A DNA stretch of 64,000 bases from Treponema sp. (GTDB taxonomy: Bacteria > Spirochaetota > Spirochaetia > Treponematales > Breznakiellaceae). The position numbers and the translations under genes are program-made. A model generated the notes under the pieces. The model did not search any database, had not been told where the DNA came from, and saw only the letters and a list, made by a program, of their open reading frames with translations. Below are positions 28,400 through 37,988 of the stretch, piece by piece. Numbering within the stretch: position 1 is the first letter of the stretch; every line of letters starts with the position of its first letter. The stretch covers positions 6,414-70,413 of the forward strand of contig WQSF01000001.1 in assembly GCA_009788065.1 (NCBI GenBank), written 5' to 3'.

Positions 28400-28986
28400 G
28401 AACTGCTCAAATATACGATAGCTTCCTGGAATATCAGCTTTTCTTTTTCCGCCGCAGGAAGATCGGGATTTACGCCGGCTTGAGCTTTTTCCAAAGCGTC
28501 TACAGCCGCTTTTCTGTCGTAGCCCATACCCACGAGAGCTTCAACAAGATCAGAATACTGCGAATTAGAAGATCCTTTTAACTGTGTTTGAATTAATTTT
28601 CCTTTTAATGATAAAAGCATTTTTTGGGCTGTCTTTTTCCCAAGACCTGGGACGGCTTCAAGACGGGCGAGATCTCCGTTTTCCAGAGCGTTTTCAAGAT
28701 CGTTCTGGCTTATTCCGCTCATTATTTTTACAGCGCCTTTGGGACCTATTCCCTCAACTTTTAAAAGCTCTAAAAATGTATTTCTGCGCCTTTCATTTGA
28801 AAAACCATAAAGTTTCATTTGATCTTCGCGGTGGTATAACCATGTAAAAACCCTGCATTCGCTGTTAAGTGAAAGAGAGTGAATATCGTTAACCGGCATA
28901 CCTATATCCCATTCAATGTCACCTGAAAGAATGTATACCGATTCCGAGCCTTTCGCGCTTACAAGACCTGTAATGCTGTTAAACAT
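28396..28986 (-). CDS. ruvA: Holliday junction branch migration protein RuvA
   Basis: HREDQMKLYGF, VEGIGPKGA, VPGLGKKTAQK, ALVGMGY. Confidence 0.95.
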   Translation of the reverse strand: MFNSITGLVSAKGSESVYILSGDIEWDIGMPVNDIHSLSLNSECRVFTWLYHREDQMKLYGFSNERRRNTFLELLKVEGIGPKGAVKIMSGISQNDLENALENGDLARLEAVPGLGKKTAQKMLLSLKGKLIQTQLKGSSNSQYSDLVEALVGMGYDRKAAVDALEKAQAGVNPDLPAAEKEKLIFQEAIVYLSSS

Positions 28987-28989
28987 ATT

Positions 28990-29484
28990 TTATTTTATCA
29001 TTTTTTTATTAATCGCGCAAATAGCGGCTCCAAGAGCGTCCGCCGCGTGATCGGGCTTTGGTATTTTATCAAGCCCAAGAATAATACGCACCATCTCCTG
29101 CACTTGCTTCTTGTCGGCGGACGCGCTTCCTACAACCCCTGATTTTATCGCGTTAGGTGTAAACTCATGAAGCGTAATATTCTTTTCGGCAATCGCCGCG
29201 GAGATTACTCCCCTTGCCTCGGCTACGGGTATCGCGCTTGTTACATTCCTGCCAAAATAAAGGGTTTCTATAGCGGCTTCAGCCGGTTTGTATTTATCCA
29301 AAAGCGAGCGGATGCATTGTAATATAAAAAAAAGGCGATCCGCCCTGAGGCAGTCCGCCTTCGTTGTAATCACGCCGTGATCGATATAGCAAATTCTTCC
29401 GTCGATATCATCAAGAACACCCCAGCCTGTGCTTGCAAGACCGGGATCAATTCCTAAAACCCGGCGAGAAGTCTTTCGACGCAT
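28990..29484 (-). CDS. ruvC: Crossover junction endodeoxyribonuclease RuvC
   Basis: LGIDPGLASTGWG, AEARGV, KPDHAADALGAA. Confidence 0.96.
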   Translation of the reverse strand: MRRKTSRRVLGIDPGLASTGWGVLDDIDGRICYIDHGVITTKADCLRADRLFFILQCIRSLLDKYKPAEAAIETLYFGRNVTSAIPVAEARGVISAAIAEKNITLHEFTPNAIKSGVVGSASADKKQVQEMVRIILGLDKIPKPDHAADALGAAICAINKKMIK

Positions 29485-30224
29485 TATTCAGCGGTGAAAC
29501 CTTCCGGAATCGCTACATTCGAAAATACATTCTGCACATCGTCATTTTCTTCGAGCTTGTCTATAAGCCTTAACGCCTTGGCTGTTCCGTCATTATCAAG
29601 CGTTACTTCCGCTTCCGCGACCATGCTAACTTCCGCGCTCATGGTTTCAAATTCTTTAGCCTGAAGCGCGTTTAAAACGCTTTCAAAATCTTCAGGTGCG
29701 GTGGTAACTTCGATTATACCGTCCTGCGCCGAAACATCTTCCGCACCGCTTTCAATGGCGATTTCCATTATTTGATCTTCTGTGTACTTCTCGCCGTCCA
29801 TGGTTATAACGCCAAGACGTTTAAAAAGCCTCGAAACGGAACCTGTAGTGGCAAGCTGTCCGCCGGCGCGGGTAAGGATGTTGCGAATATCCGCGGCAGC
29901 GCGGTTTTTATTATCGGTTAGAACTTCGATAAAAATCGCGACTCCACCCGGTGCGTAAGCTTCGTAAATAAGTTCTTCGTAACTTACACCTTCAAGCTCG
30001 CCTGTTCCTTTTTTAATTGCTCTGTCAATATTATCTTTGGGCATGTTTGCAGCTCTTGCTTTAAGAATCGCTGTGCGAAGGCGCGGATTGCCGTCAAGAC
30101 TTCCGCCGCCCATTCTGGCTGCAATTGAAATTTCTTTGATTAACTTTGTAAACATTTGGCCGCGCTTTGCGTCGGCGGCGCCTTTTGCATGTTTAATCGT
30201 CGCCCATTTACTGTGGCCCGACAT
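29484..30224 (-). CDS. yebC: YebC/PmpR family protein
   Basis: MSGHSKWATIKH, NMPKDNIDRAIKK, TDNKNRA, DDVQNVFSN. Confidence 0.96.
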   Translation of the reverse strand: MSGHSKWATIKHAKGAADAKRGQMFTKLIKEISIAARMGGGSLDGNPRLRTAILKARAANMPKDNIDRAIKKGTGELEGVSYEELIYEAYAPGGVAIFIEVLTDNKNRAAADIRNILTRAGGQLATTGSVSRLFKRLGVITMDGEKYTEDQIMEIAIESGAEDVSAQDGIIEVTTAPEDFESVLNALQAKEFETMSAEVSMVAEAEVTLDNDGTAKALRLIDKLEENDDVQNVFSNVAIPEGFTAE

Positions 30225-30282
30225 GGTAACTCCTTAAATATTAGAATGAGATTTAATTTAGCTCAGCTTTTATACGCCGGAA

Positions 30283-30507
30283 CTAGACTTTTCCTTTTTG
30301 GCATGCTTTTGTGCAAGAATCTTTCAATGTTTTTTCATACCATTCCATTGTAAAAGGATCTTTTCCTCTTATCTGAGTTCTGATATTCTGCTCCAAATTG
30401 TCCTTGCAGGGTTCGCAAATACTGGTTTCCGCATAGCGGAAGAATGTTCTCTCGTTAATAGGATCATCCATTTTTTTCTTGCAAATATCACAAGTAGTAG
30501 TTATCAT
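30283..30507 (-). CDS. Small Cys-rich hypothetical protein (possible Zn ribbon)
   Basis: Strong SD (AGGAGG) before ATG; CDIC...CEPC motifs; fills the intergenic space. Confidence 0.75.
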   Translation of the reverse strand: MITTTCDICKKKMDDPINERTFFRYAETSICEPCKDNLEQNIRTQIRGKDPFTMEWYEKTLKDSCTKACQKGKV

Positions 30508-30527
30508 AAAAGCCTCCTGATTTAATC

Positions 30528-30556
30528 TTGTTATATTATATAAAAACTTTTAGAAT
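30528..30556 (+). promoter_or_regulatory. Sigma70-like promoter for the NeuB-like/GH10 genes
   Basis: TTGTTA-17 nt-TAGAAT. Confidence 0.45.
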
Positions 30557-30569
30557 GTGTCGAGTACCT

Positions 30570-31766
30570 ATGAATAAATCTGAGAAAAAATTAACCCTGA
30601 CAGGGACGGATTTTACCTCAAAAAACCCGTTAATTATCGCGGAATTGGGGACTTCCCATAACGGTGATATATATAAAGCGAAAGAAATGATTGACGCCGC
30701 CGCCGGAGCCGGAGCCGGATGCGTTAAGTTCCAAATTGTCTATGCAGACGAGATTTTACATCCAAATACAGGAGATGTCCCCCTCCCCGGAGGCATGATC
30801 AGGCTTTATGACCGCTTTAAAGCGCTTGAATTAGAGCCGGAATTCTATCAACAAATCAAGGAATACTCGGAATCAAAGGGGCTTTTATTCCTTTGCACGC
30901 CATTTGGGCTGAAAAGCGCTTCAATTTTAAAAAAATTACAGCCTAAAATAGTAAAAATAGCCTCCCCTGAGTTGAATTTTACCGCTTTACTGGAAGAAAT
31001 CGCTCTCTGGGGTCTGCCTGTTCTGCTTTCTTCGGGGGTTTCCCGCCTTTCCGACATAGAAACTGCGATAGATATAATAAAAAAAGAGTTCTCGCAAAGG
31101 CGCATCGAACCTTCGGTTCGCGGCGCAGAGGACGCAAAGGAAAAAAAAGTGGAAGAAATACAACCTCCTTCTTCTATTTGTTTACTCCACTGCGTTACTG
31201 CTTACCCGGCTCCTGAGACGGATTATAATTTACGCGTTCTGTCCGGTCTTGCTTCTATTTTTGGCGTTCCCGTTGGAGTAAGCGACCATTCAAGCGACCC
31301 TGAACTGGTTCCCGCTCTTTCGGTCGGACTTGGAGCAGTCGCGGTAGAAAAGCATTTTTGCCTTTCCAAAAGCGACCCCGGGCTTGATGATCCGATTGCG
31401 CTTGAACCTGATAGTTTTGCCAAAATGGTAAACACTATTCAACAGGCGGCAAAGGACGGCTTTGAAAAGACAGCCGAGCGCTGCGGCAGAGAAAAAGGCG
31501 CTGAACTTGTTGAAAGAATTTTAGGAAGCGGCGTTAAGGAGCTGGCGTCTTCTGAGAAAGATAATTACACCCGAACAAACCGCTCTATTCATGCGTTAAG
31601 GGATATTAAAGCCGGAGAAATATTAAAAAAATGCGATTACGCTGTTTTAAGAACAGAGAAGATTTTACGGCCGGGACTTGAGCCGTTATGGGAATCTGCG
31701 ATTGAGGGAAGAACTGCGAAGAATTTTATTCCGGCAGGCGAAGGTATCAGGTTTGAAGATATTTAG
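30570..31766 (+). CDS. NeuB/PseI/SpsE family nonulosonic acid synthase with SAF domain
   Basis: IIAELGTSHNGD, VKFQ, KIASPE, LHCVTAYPA, GVSDHS, EKHF, RSIHALRDIKAGE. Confidence 0.9.
   Translation: MNKSEKKLTLTGTDFTSKNPLIIAELGTSHNGDIYKAKEMIDAAAGAGAGCVKFQIVYADEILHPNTGDVPLPGGMIRLYDRFKALELEPEFYQQIKEYSESKGLLFLCTPFGLKSASILKKLQPKIVKIASPELNFTALLEEIALWGLPVLLSSGVSRLSDIETAIDIIKKEFSQRRIEPSVRGAEDAKEKKVEEIQPPSSICLLHCVTAYPAPETDYNLRVLSGLASIFGVPVGVSDHSSDPELVPALSVGLGAVAVEKHFCLSKSDPGLDDPIALEPDSFAKMVNTIQQAAKDGFEKTAERCGREKGAELVERILGSGVKELASSEKDNYTRTNRSIHALRDIKAGEILKKCDYAVLRTEKILRPGLEPLWESAIEGRTAKNFIPAGEGIRFEDI
31091..31140. repeat. In-frame palindromic/repeat insert in the NeuB-like gene
   Basis: cgaacc-ttc-ggttcg (31106-31120) flanked by ggcgca direct repeats within cgca(a/g)ag units. 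Confidence 0.7.
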
Positions 31767-31775
31767 GAGGCATAT

Positions 31776-33026
31776 ATGGATTTAAAACACCGTAAAGCTC
31801 AGGCGCAAATTAAGCTTGTAAACAAAGACGGCTCTCTTGTTTCTAATCAGGAAATAAAGATAAAACAAAAAAGCCATCAGTTTTTATTCGGAGTCGGCGG
31901 ATTTGAAGCTGTGGAGCTTGCAAGCGGCAAAGTCCGCGATTTCAAATATGAAGGCGAGAAGATCACAGAAGATCGTAAAGCGTTTCTTGAAGAAAAGCTT
32001 AATAAACTTTTTTCTTTTAACAATTACGCCACCCTTCCTTTTTATATCGGACGTTACGAACCTGTAGAAGGAAAACCTGACGAAGAAAGTTTAAAAGCAG
32101 CCGCGCTCTGGTATAAAAAACGCGGTATTACAAGAAAGGGTCATCCACTTTGCTGGCATACAGTCTGCGCGCCGTGGCTTATGGAATATTCAAATCCGGT
32201 TATTCTGGACAAGGTAATAGCGCGCATTGAACGCGATGTATCGGCTTTTAAAGGAATAATCGATATATGGGACGTAATTAACGAAGTTGTAATTATGCCG
32301 GTTTTCGATAAATATGATAACGCTGTTACGCGAATATGCAAAGAATACGGACAGCTTCGCATTGTAAAAGAAGTGTTTGACGCGGCAAAACGCGCCAATC
32401 CTGACGCGGTATTGCTTCTTAATGATTTTGATACGTCAAAAGATTATGAAATTTTAATCGATAAATGTCTGCAGGCAGGTATTAAAATCGACGTTATCGG
32501 CATTCAATCTCATCAGCATCAGGGGTATTGGGGAGCGCAAAAAGTACATGATGTTCTTTCGCGTTTTTCACGTTTTGGGCTTCCGCTTCATTTTACAGAA
32601 AACACGCTGATTTCAGGCGATATAATGCCGGCTCACATTACCGATCTTAACGATTGGCAGGTTGAAGAATGGCATACCACTCCTGAAGGCGAAGAACGCC
32701 AGACAAGAGAAACATCGGAAATGTATGAAATCCTTTTCGCCCATCCTCAGGTAGAAGCAATCACAACATGGTCAGGAGGAGACAACGCGTGGCTTCACGC
32801 GCCTGCCGGTTTCCTTCGCGTTGATAACAGCGAAAAACCTGTATTTAAAGCAATCAGTAATAAAATTAATAAAGAATGGCATACAGAGATTACAGCGCGA
32901 ACCGACACGGCAGGCGCGGTTATACTGGAAGGTTTTAAAGGCGGATACGAAATCTCCTGCGTAGGAAAAAATGCCGTCTTCGATTTAAACGAGAATACCG
33001 GTTCTATTACAATAACTTTAAATTAA
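31776..33026 (+). CDS. Glycoside hydrolase family 10 (endo-xylanase-like), no signal peptide
   Basis: KGHPLCWH, WDVINE (acid/base), IGIQSH, HFTE (nucleophile); SD AGGAGG. Confidence 0.87.
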   Translation: MDLKHRKAQAQIKLVNKDGSLVSNQEIKIKQKSHQFLFGVGGFEAVELASGKVRDFKYEGEKITEDRKAFLEEKLNKLFSFNNYATLPFYIGRYEPVEGKPDEESLKAAALWYKKRGITRKGHPLCWHTVCAPWLMEYSNPVILDKVIARIERDVSAFKGIIDIWDVINEVVIMPVFDKYDNAVTRICKEYGQLRIVKEVFDAAKRANPDAVLLLNDFDTSKDYEILIDKCLQAGIKIDVIGIQSHQHQGYWGAQKVHDVLSRFSRFGLPLHFTENTLISGDIMPAHITDLNDWQVEEWHTTPEGEERQTRETSEMYEILFAHPQVEAITTWSGGDNAWLHAPAGFLRVDNSEKPVFKAISNKINKEWHTEITARTDTAGAVILEGFKGGYEISCVGKNAVFDLNENTGSITITLN

Positions 33027-33043
33027 TGTGAGAATTTTTTGCG

Positions 33044-34231
33044 TTAAATCCAGTTTTTCATCGCCTCTTTAAAAGCGGGACCAGAAGCTGTGATTATTTT
33101 CTCGTCAACACAATAGGCGAAGCGAAGCCATCCCGGCTTACCGAAGCCTGAGCCGGGGACTCCGAGAATTAAATATTTCTTTAGATGCTCAACAAATGTC
33201 TTATCGTCTTTTTTGTCTTTACTTTGAGGCGCCTTACAGAAAAGATAGAAAGCGCCTTCGGGATTCGCAAATTCAATTCCGGCTTCGTTTAAAACTTTTA
33301 TAAAAGCGTCGCGTCTTCTTCTGTAAATCGACACGTCAACGCGGGCTTCTGTTAAAGAGCCGACCATTCTTTGCATCAGAGCAGGCGCGTTAACAAAGCC
33401 GAGTATTCTTGTCGCGTAAATTAATCCGTTTATAAGATCATCCTTATCTGCAATATCTGGATTCACGGCGATAAAACCAATGCGCTCCCCAGGCAGGGAC
33501 AGGCTTTTTGAATAGGAACTTACAACAATGGATTCTTTATAACAGCATAAAACCGGGGGTACATCCGTTGTATACGCAATTTCACGGTAAGGCTCGTCCG
33601 ATACAAGATAAACAAAACGTCCAGTTTTTTTTCCATGTTCTGTAAGGAGCGAAGCTAAAGAAGCCAATGATTCTTTGGAATAAATTTTTCCTGTCGGATT
33701 ATTCGGAGAGTTAATAATAATCGCGGAAGTTTTTTCATTTAACGCTTTTCCGATGGCGTTTATATCCAAATCAAAATTATCAAGCGCGTCTACTTCTACA
33801 AGTTTCGCGCCGTGGTTATTTGTATACGGACGGTATTCCATAAAATACGGGCGCGTCACAATAACTTCATCGCCCGCATTACAGATAGTCTTAAAAACAG
33901 TATTAAGAGCGCCCGCGGCACCGACTGACATAACAATATGAGAGCCGTCAATCTTAACATTTTGTTCTTTACAGACTTTTTTCGCGAGAGCTTCCCTCAC
34001 GCTCATGTAACCTGCGTTCGGCATATAACCGTGAGAGCCTTTTTCATCTTCTTTTGCTAGTTTAACAAATAACTCATGAAATTCCGCAGGCGGTTCAATA
34101 TCAGGGTTTCCAAGCGAAAAATCGAAAACTTTATCCGCGCCGTATTGCTTTTTTAACAGTATCCCCTCTTCAAACATTTTGCGAATCATGGAAGAAGACG
34201 CTAACGCCGTTTTTATATTATCCGCTATCAT
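33044..34231 (-). CDS. PLP-dependent class I/II aminotransferase (AspC-like)
   Basis: SLGNP, NSPNNPTG, SDEPYRE, SYSKSLSLPGERIG. Confidence 0.92.
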   Translation of the reverse strand: MIADNIKTALASSSMIRKMFEEGILLKKQYGADKVFDFSLGNPDIEPPAEFHELFVKLAKEDEKGSHGYMPNAGYMSVREALAKKVCKEQNVKIDGSHIVMSVGAAGALNTVFKTICNAGDEVIVTRPYFMEYRPYTNNHGAKLVEVDALDNFDLDINAIGKALNEKTSAIIINSPNNPTGKIYSKESLASLASLLTEHGKKTGRFVYLVSDEPYREIAYTTDVPPVLCCYKESIVVSSYSKSLSLPGERIGFIAVNPDIADKDDLINGLIYATRILGFVNAPALMQRMVGSLTEARVDVSIYRRRRDAFIKVLNEAGIEFANPEGAFYLFCKAPQSKDKKDDKTFVEHLKKYLILGVPGSGFGKPGWLRFAYCVDEKIITASGPAFKEAMKNWI

Positions 34232-36723
34232 ACCAATGTTCTCGCTGTACGCAGGATGTCCGCAAAGACTCCGCCTGCCGTAACCTGCGCTCCTGCGCCC
34301 GGACCTTTTATTACCATCGGGAGTTTTGAATAACGGTTCGTTGTGATTACAACAATATTATCGCTGTCTACAAGAGAACGGAACGGGCTTCCCGGATCTT
34401 CAGCACGGAAAGATATTTTTGCTTTTCCTTCTTCGATTACAGCGATATAGCGAAGCGCCTTTCCTTCTTCTGCAGCTTTCGCCCTGCGTTTTTCATAATC
34501 AGCGTCCGTTTTTTCAAGCTCGCAGAAGAATGTGTCAATATCTTTCGCTTTAAAGCAGGAGACGGGCAGAATCGGCTCTATTGTGACATTTTTAAACTCA
34601 ATGTTAAGACCGCATTCTCTTGCTAAAGTCAGAACCTTGCGCGCCGCGTCCATTGCGTTTAAATCGTCGCGCGGATCAGGTTCTGTATATCCCTTTGCTT
34701 TCGCTTCACGCACCAGAGCGGAAAACGGCATTGAGCCGTCAAAATTATTAAATATAAAACTCAAAGTTCCCGAAAGCACGGCTTCGATCTTAAGCACTTT
34801 GTCGCCGGAAAGGAAAAGATCGCGTAATGTTGAAATAACGGGAAGCCCCGCTCCGACCGTACATTCATACAGGTACGGGATACCTTTATCCTTTGAATAA
34901 GAAGTCAGGCGCTTGTAATAATCCAACGGACCTGAATTCGCTTTTTTATTTGGCGTAACAATCGGTATCGAAGCGTGAAGAATTTTCTCGTAGAGCGCCG
35001 CGACATCTTCGCTTGCGGTACAATCGCAGAAACACGAATTTGGAAGATTTAAGTCAGCCATTCTATCGATAAAGACAGCTCCTCCTGTTTTTATATCAAT
35101 CCGTTCTGTACCTTGAACATTGCCTTTAGCTGTAAGCATTTCTTTTATTTTTACAGGATCAAGACCGTCCTGTATGGAATCTTTGTCCGCGAAAATCATT
35201 TTATCGTAATTGGCGGCTCCAATTAGTTTGATCTTTATCATGTTATCCGCTAATTTTTCGCGATTCTCAGCGATTTGATCCAGCAAAGTGCCTCCGATAA
35301 GCCCTGTACCGATTAGGAAAAGATTAACTGAGCGCTGATGGGTATAAAAGAAAACATCATGAATCGCGTTAAGCGCTTTTGCTTCATCCTGCGCGGAAAT
35401 TACCGCGGAAATATTTATTTCAGAAGAGCCTTGCGCGATTGCCACGATATTGATGCCGTTACGTCCCAGCGCATGAAAAAATTTACCTGAAATGCCGGAA
35501 GCGTTTTTCATAGCCGAGCCGACAACCGCGATTATAGAAAGATCGTTTTCGATAATAGGCTTTTCTATTGAGCCTGAGCGGATTTCGTTAATAAATTCTT
35601 CATTAAGCGCCTCTTCAACCCTCTTTCCGTCACCAGGAAGCACAGCGAAACAGATTGAGTATTCGCTTGAACTCTGAGAGATCAGCATTACACTGATGCC
35701 TTTTCGCGCAAGCGCGTTAAATACACGCGCCGAAAAACCCGCAACGCCTACCATACCGGTACCCTGCACCCTTACAAGAGCCGCGTTTGAGATCGAGCTA
35801 ATCCCTCTTATCGGAAATTCTCCGCAAGAGGCTTTCGATACGATACTCGTCCCGCCGCATGACGGGTTAAACGTATTGCATATCAATATTGGTATTCCTT
35901 TTTCCATTGCCGGTTTTACAGACGGCGGGAAAATCACCCTTGCGCCGAAATGAGATATTTCCATCGCTTCCGTGTAAGAAATTTCATCTATACGGAAGGC
36001 GTTTTTTACCTGATCGGGATCTGCGGTTAACATTCCGTCTACATCTGTCCAAATTTCCAGTTTTTTAGCTCCGAGAGCGGCGGCAAAAACCGCGGCGGTT
36101 AAATCGGAACCGTCTCTTCCCACAGTTGTCGTATGCCCTTCAAGAGTTGAACCGATAAAACCTGTTACAACCTGCAATGTTTTTTTAACATTCTTAAAAT
36201 GAGCTTTAATATTATCTTCGGTTTCTTTTTTTAACACCTCCGCTCTGCCGTAGTGAGCGTCTGTTTTTATCAGGTTTCGAGCGTCTAAAAAATCGGCTTT
36301 AATATCATTCGCATTAAATATAAAAGTTATAAGATTTGCGCTGAGCCTTTCTCCAAAACTCATGATTAAATCCAGACTGCGTACGGATAATTCTCCCAAC
36401 AGAGAAATGCCGTCCAGAATTTGGGATAAAAGAGCTGTTAAGCTTTCAATTTCTTTAACTGCTTCTTTCGCTCCTGTCTTCTTAATAAGATTTTGAGCGC
36501 AGTCGATATGACGTTTCTTTAACGCTTCCACCTGTTTTGCAAATGATTCGCCGCGAACTGCGGTATTTGCCATTTCGATAAGGCTGTCTGTTACACCCGA
36601 AAATGCGGAAACGATCACCGCGGGAACATTCCCCGAATGTTCTTTGTCTTTTAAGATGTTAACAATACTGTCAATACCTTCCCGGCTTCCTACAGAAGTG
36701 CCGCCGAATTTTAAAACTAGCAT
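34228..36723 (-). CDS. thrA: Bifunctional aspartate kinase/homoserine dehydrogenase
   Basis: VLKFGGTSVG, GSDLTAA, WTDVDG, two ACT domains, GTGLIGG, VGAGLP, GYTEPDPRDDL, GPGAGAQVTAGG; start at MLVLKF with GGGAG SD. Confidence 0.94.
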   Translation of the reverse strand: MLVLKFGGTSVGSREGIDSIVNILKDKEHSGNVPAVIVSAFSGVTDSLIEMANTAVRGESFAKQVEALKKRHIDCAQNLIKKTGAKEAVKEIESLTALLSQILDGISLLGELSVRSLDLIMSFGERLSANLITFIFNANDIKADFLDARNLIKTDAHYGRAEVLKKETEDNIKAHFKNVKKTLQVVTGFIGSTLEGHTTTVGRDGSDLTAAVFAAALGAKKLEIWTDVDGMLTADPDQVKNAFRIDEISYTEAMEISHFGARVIFPPSVKPAMEKGIPILICNTFNPSCGGTSIVSKASCGEFPIRGISSISNAALVRVQGTGMVGVAGFSARVFNALARKGISVMLISQSSSEYSICFAVLPGDGKRVEEALNEEFINEIRSGSIEKPIIENDLSIIAVVGSAMKNASGISGKFFHALGRNGINIVAIAQGSSEINISAVISAQDEAKALNAIHDVFFYTHQRSVNLFLIGTGLIGGTLLDQIAENREKLADNMIKIKLIGAANYDKMIFADKDSIQDGLDPVKIKEMLTAKGNVQGTERIDIKTGGAVFIDRMADLNLPNSCFCDCTASEDVAALYEKILHASIPIVTPNKKANSGPLDYYKRLTSYSKDKGIPYLYECTVGAGLPVISTLRDLFLSGDKVLKIEAVLSGTLSFIFNNFDGSMPFSALVREAKAKGYTEPDPRDDLNAMDAARKVLTLARECGLNIEFKNVTIEPILPVSCFKAKDIDTFFCELEKTDADYEKRRAKAAEEGKALRYIAVIEEGKAKISFRAEDPGSPFRSLVDSDNIVVITTNRYSKLPMVIKGPGAGAQVTAGGVFADILRTARTLV

Positions 36724-36787
36724 AATTTTACTCCCATTGAATATTACCTGTTTTTTAGATATTTTTATAGTGGTATTCAATAGAAAC

Positions 36788-37924
36788 ATGGCAAAAATCA
36801 ACTCAATTAAAAGAAGAATATATTTTGACTGGGCTGCCTCCGCTCCCTATTCACAATCGTCTCCCCCTGCCCTGTTTGGGAATCCTTCATCACAGCACAG
36901 CGAAGGAAGGCTTGCAAGGCAAGCGCTTGAAAACGCAAGAAAAAAATGCGCGGATTTTTTAAATGTCCCTGCCTGCGCGCTTTATTTTACATCAGGCGGA
37001 ACAGAGTCAAACAGTATCGCTCTTTTTTCAACTTTAACGCGCGCCGCTAAAGGACGGATTATATCCTCAGGCGCGGAGCACGCATCAATCAGAGAATGTA
37101 TGGAAACCCTTAAGAAAATGAACAAACCATGCGGACAAATCGCTGTTGATTCCGCCGGGAGTGTCACACCTGAGACTTTTTCAAAGGCTCTTTCGCAATA
37201 CCAGGACACACGTTTTGCCGCAGTCATGGCGGTAAATAACGAAACAGGTTCTATTACTGATATACAGTCTTTAACTTCTATTTCAAGCGAAAGTAAAGCG
37301 CCAGTTCATTTTCATTGCGATCTTGTCCAGGCAGTCGGAAAAATACCTGTTAATATTCAAAACCTGAATATTGATTCTGCTTCAATCAGCGCCCATAAAA
37401 TCGGCGGTCCTCGCGGAATAGGGCTTTTATATCTTCGAAAGCCGCTGGAAGTTTTTTATTCAGGCGGCGGTCAGGAAAAAAATATAAGAGGCGGCACTGA
37501 AAATGTAAATGGAGCGGTTGCGTTTGCAGATTGCCTGGCGGAGAATATAGTTGACGACCTGTATACAAAAGCAAAAGCCAGATGGAATAAATTGATAACT
37601 GCTCTCTTATCGATTGATAGATGTACATTGATTCCTAAGGAGCGTGTTGTTGATGACGAGCGTTTTTCGCCGTATATTTTACAAGCCGCGTTTAAGAATA
37701 TACCCGGAGAGGTAATGGCGCGGGCTTTGGATGATCTCGGTTTCGCCGTGTCGACAGGTTCCGCCTGTTCGTCGTCAAAACCTGAACGGCCTGTTCTTAC
37801 GGCAATGGGAATTGATGAAAAACTAAGGATAGAAGGAATTCGAATTTCTCAGGGGTGCTCTACCACGGATGAGGAAATTGATCTTTTAATTGACGGTATT
37901 AAAGAAACGTTGAAATTTTTATAA
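36788..37924 (+). CDS. Cysteine desulfurase (IscS/NifS family)
   Basis: YFDWAA, GNPSS, FTSGGTESN, NNETG, SAHKIGGPRGIG, STGSACSS. Confidence 0.92.
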   Translation: MAKINSIKRRIYFDWAASAPYSQSSPPALFGNPSSQHSEGRLARQALENARKKCADFLNVPACALYFTSGGTESNSIALFSTLTRAAKGRIISSGAEHASIRECMETLKKMNKPCGQIAVDSAGSVTPETFSKALSQYQDTRFAAVMAVNNETGSITDIQSLTSISSESKAPVHFHCDLVQAVGKIPVNIQNLNIDSASISAHKIGGPRGIGLLYLRKPLEVFYSGGGQEKNIRGGTENVNGAVAFADCLAENIVDDLYTKAKARWNKLITALLSIDRCTLIPKERVVDDERFSPYILQAAFKNIPGEVMARALDDLGFAVSTGSACSSSKPERPVLTAMGIDEKLRIEGIRISQGCSTTDEEIDLLIDGIKETLKFL

Positions 37925-37988
37925 TGATTAGAACACAAGAAATAGCGATTTAAGCGGATCAATGCTGATTGGAAAAGAGGTTGTTTTT

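Noticed and set aside
24234-30224. exbB/exbD/tonB next to ruvABC-yebC, recalling the proteobacterial ruv-tolQRA locus
   Set aside because: The blocks are convergent, there is no tolB or pal, and a TBDR is present, so this is a TonB system and the adjacency is probably coincidental.
36644-36801. Apparent head-to-head overlap of thrA and the cysteine desulfurase
   Set aside because: Artefact of longest-ORF starts; motif-based starts (36723 and 36788) leave a 64-bp divergent spacer.
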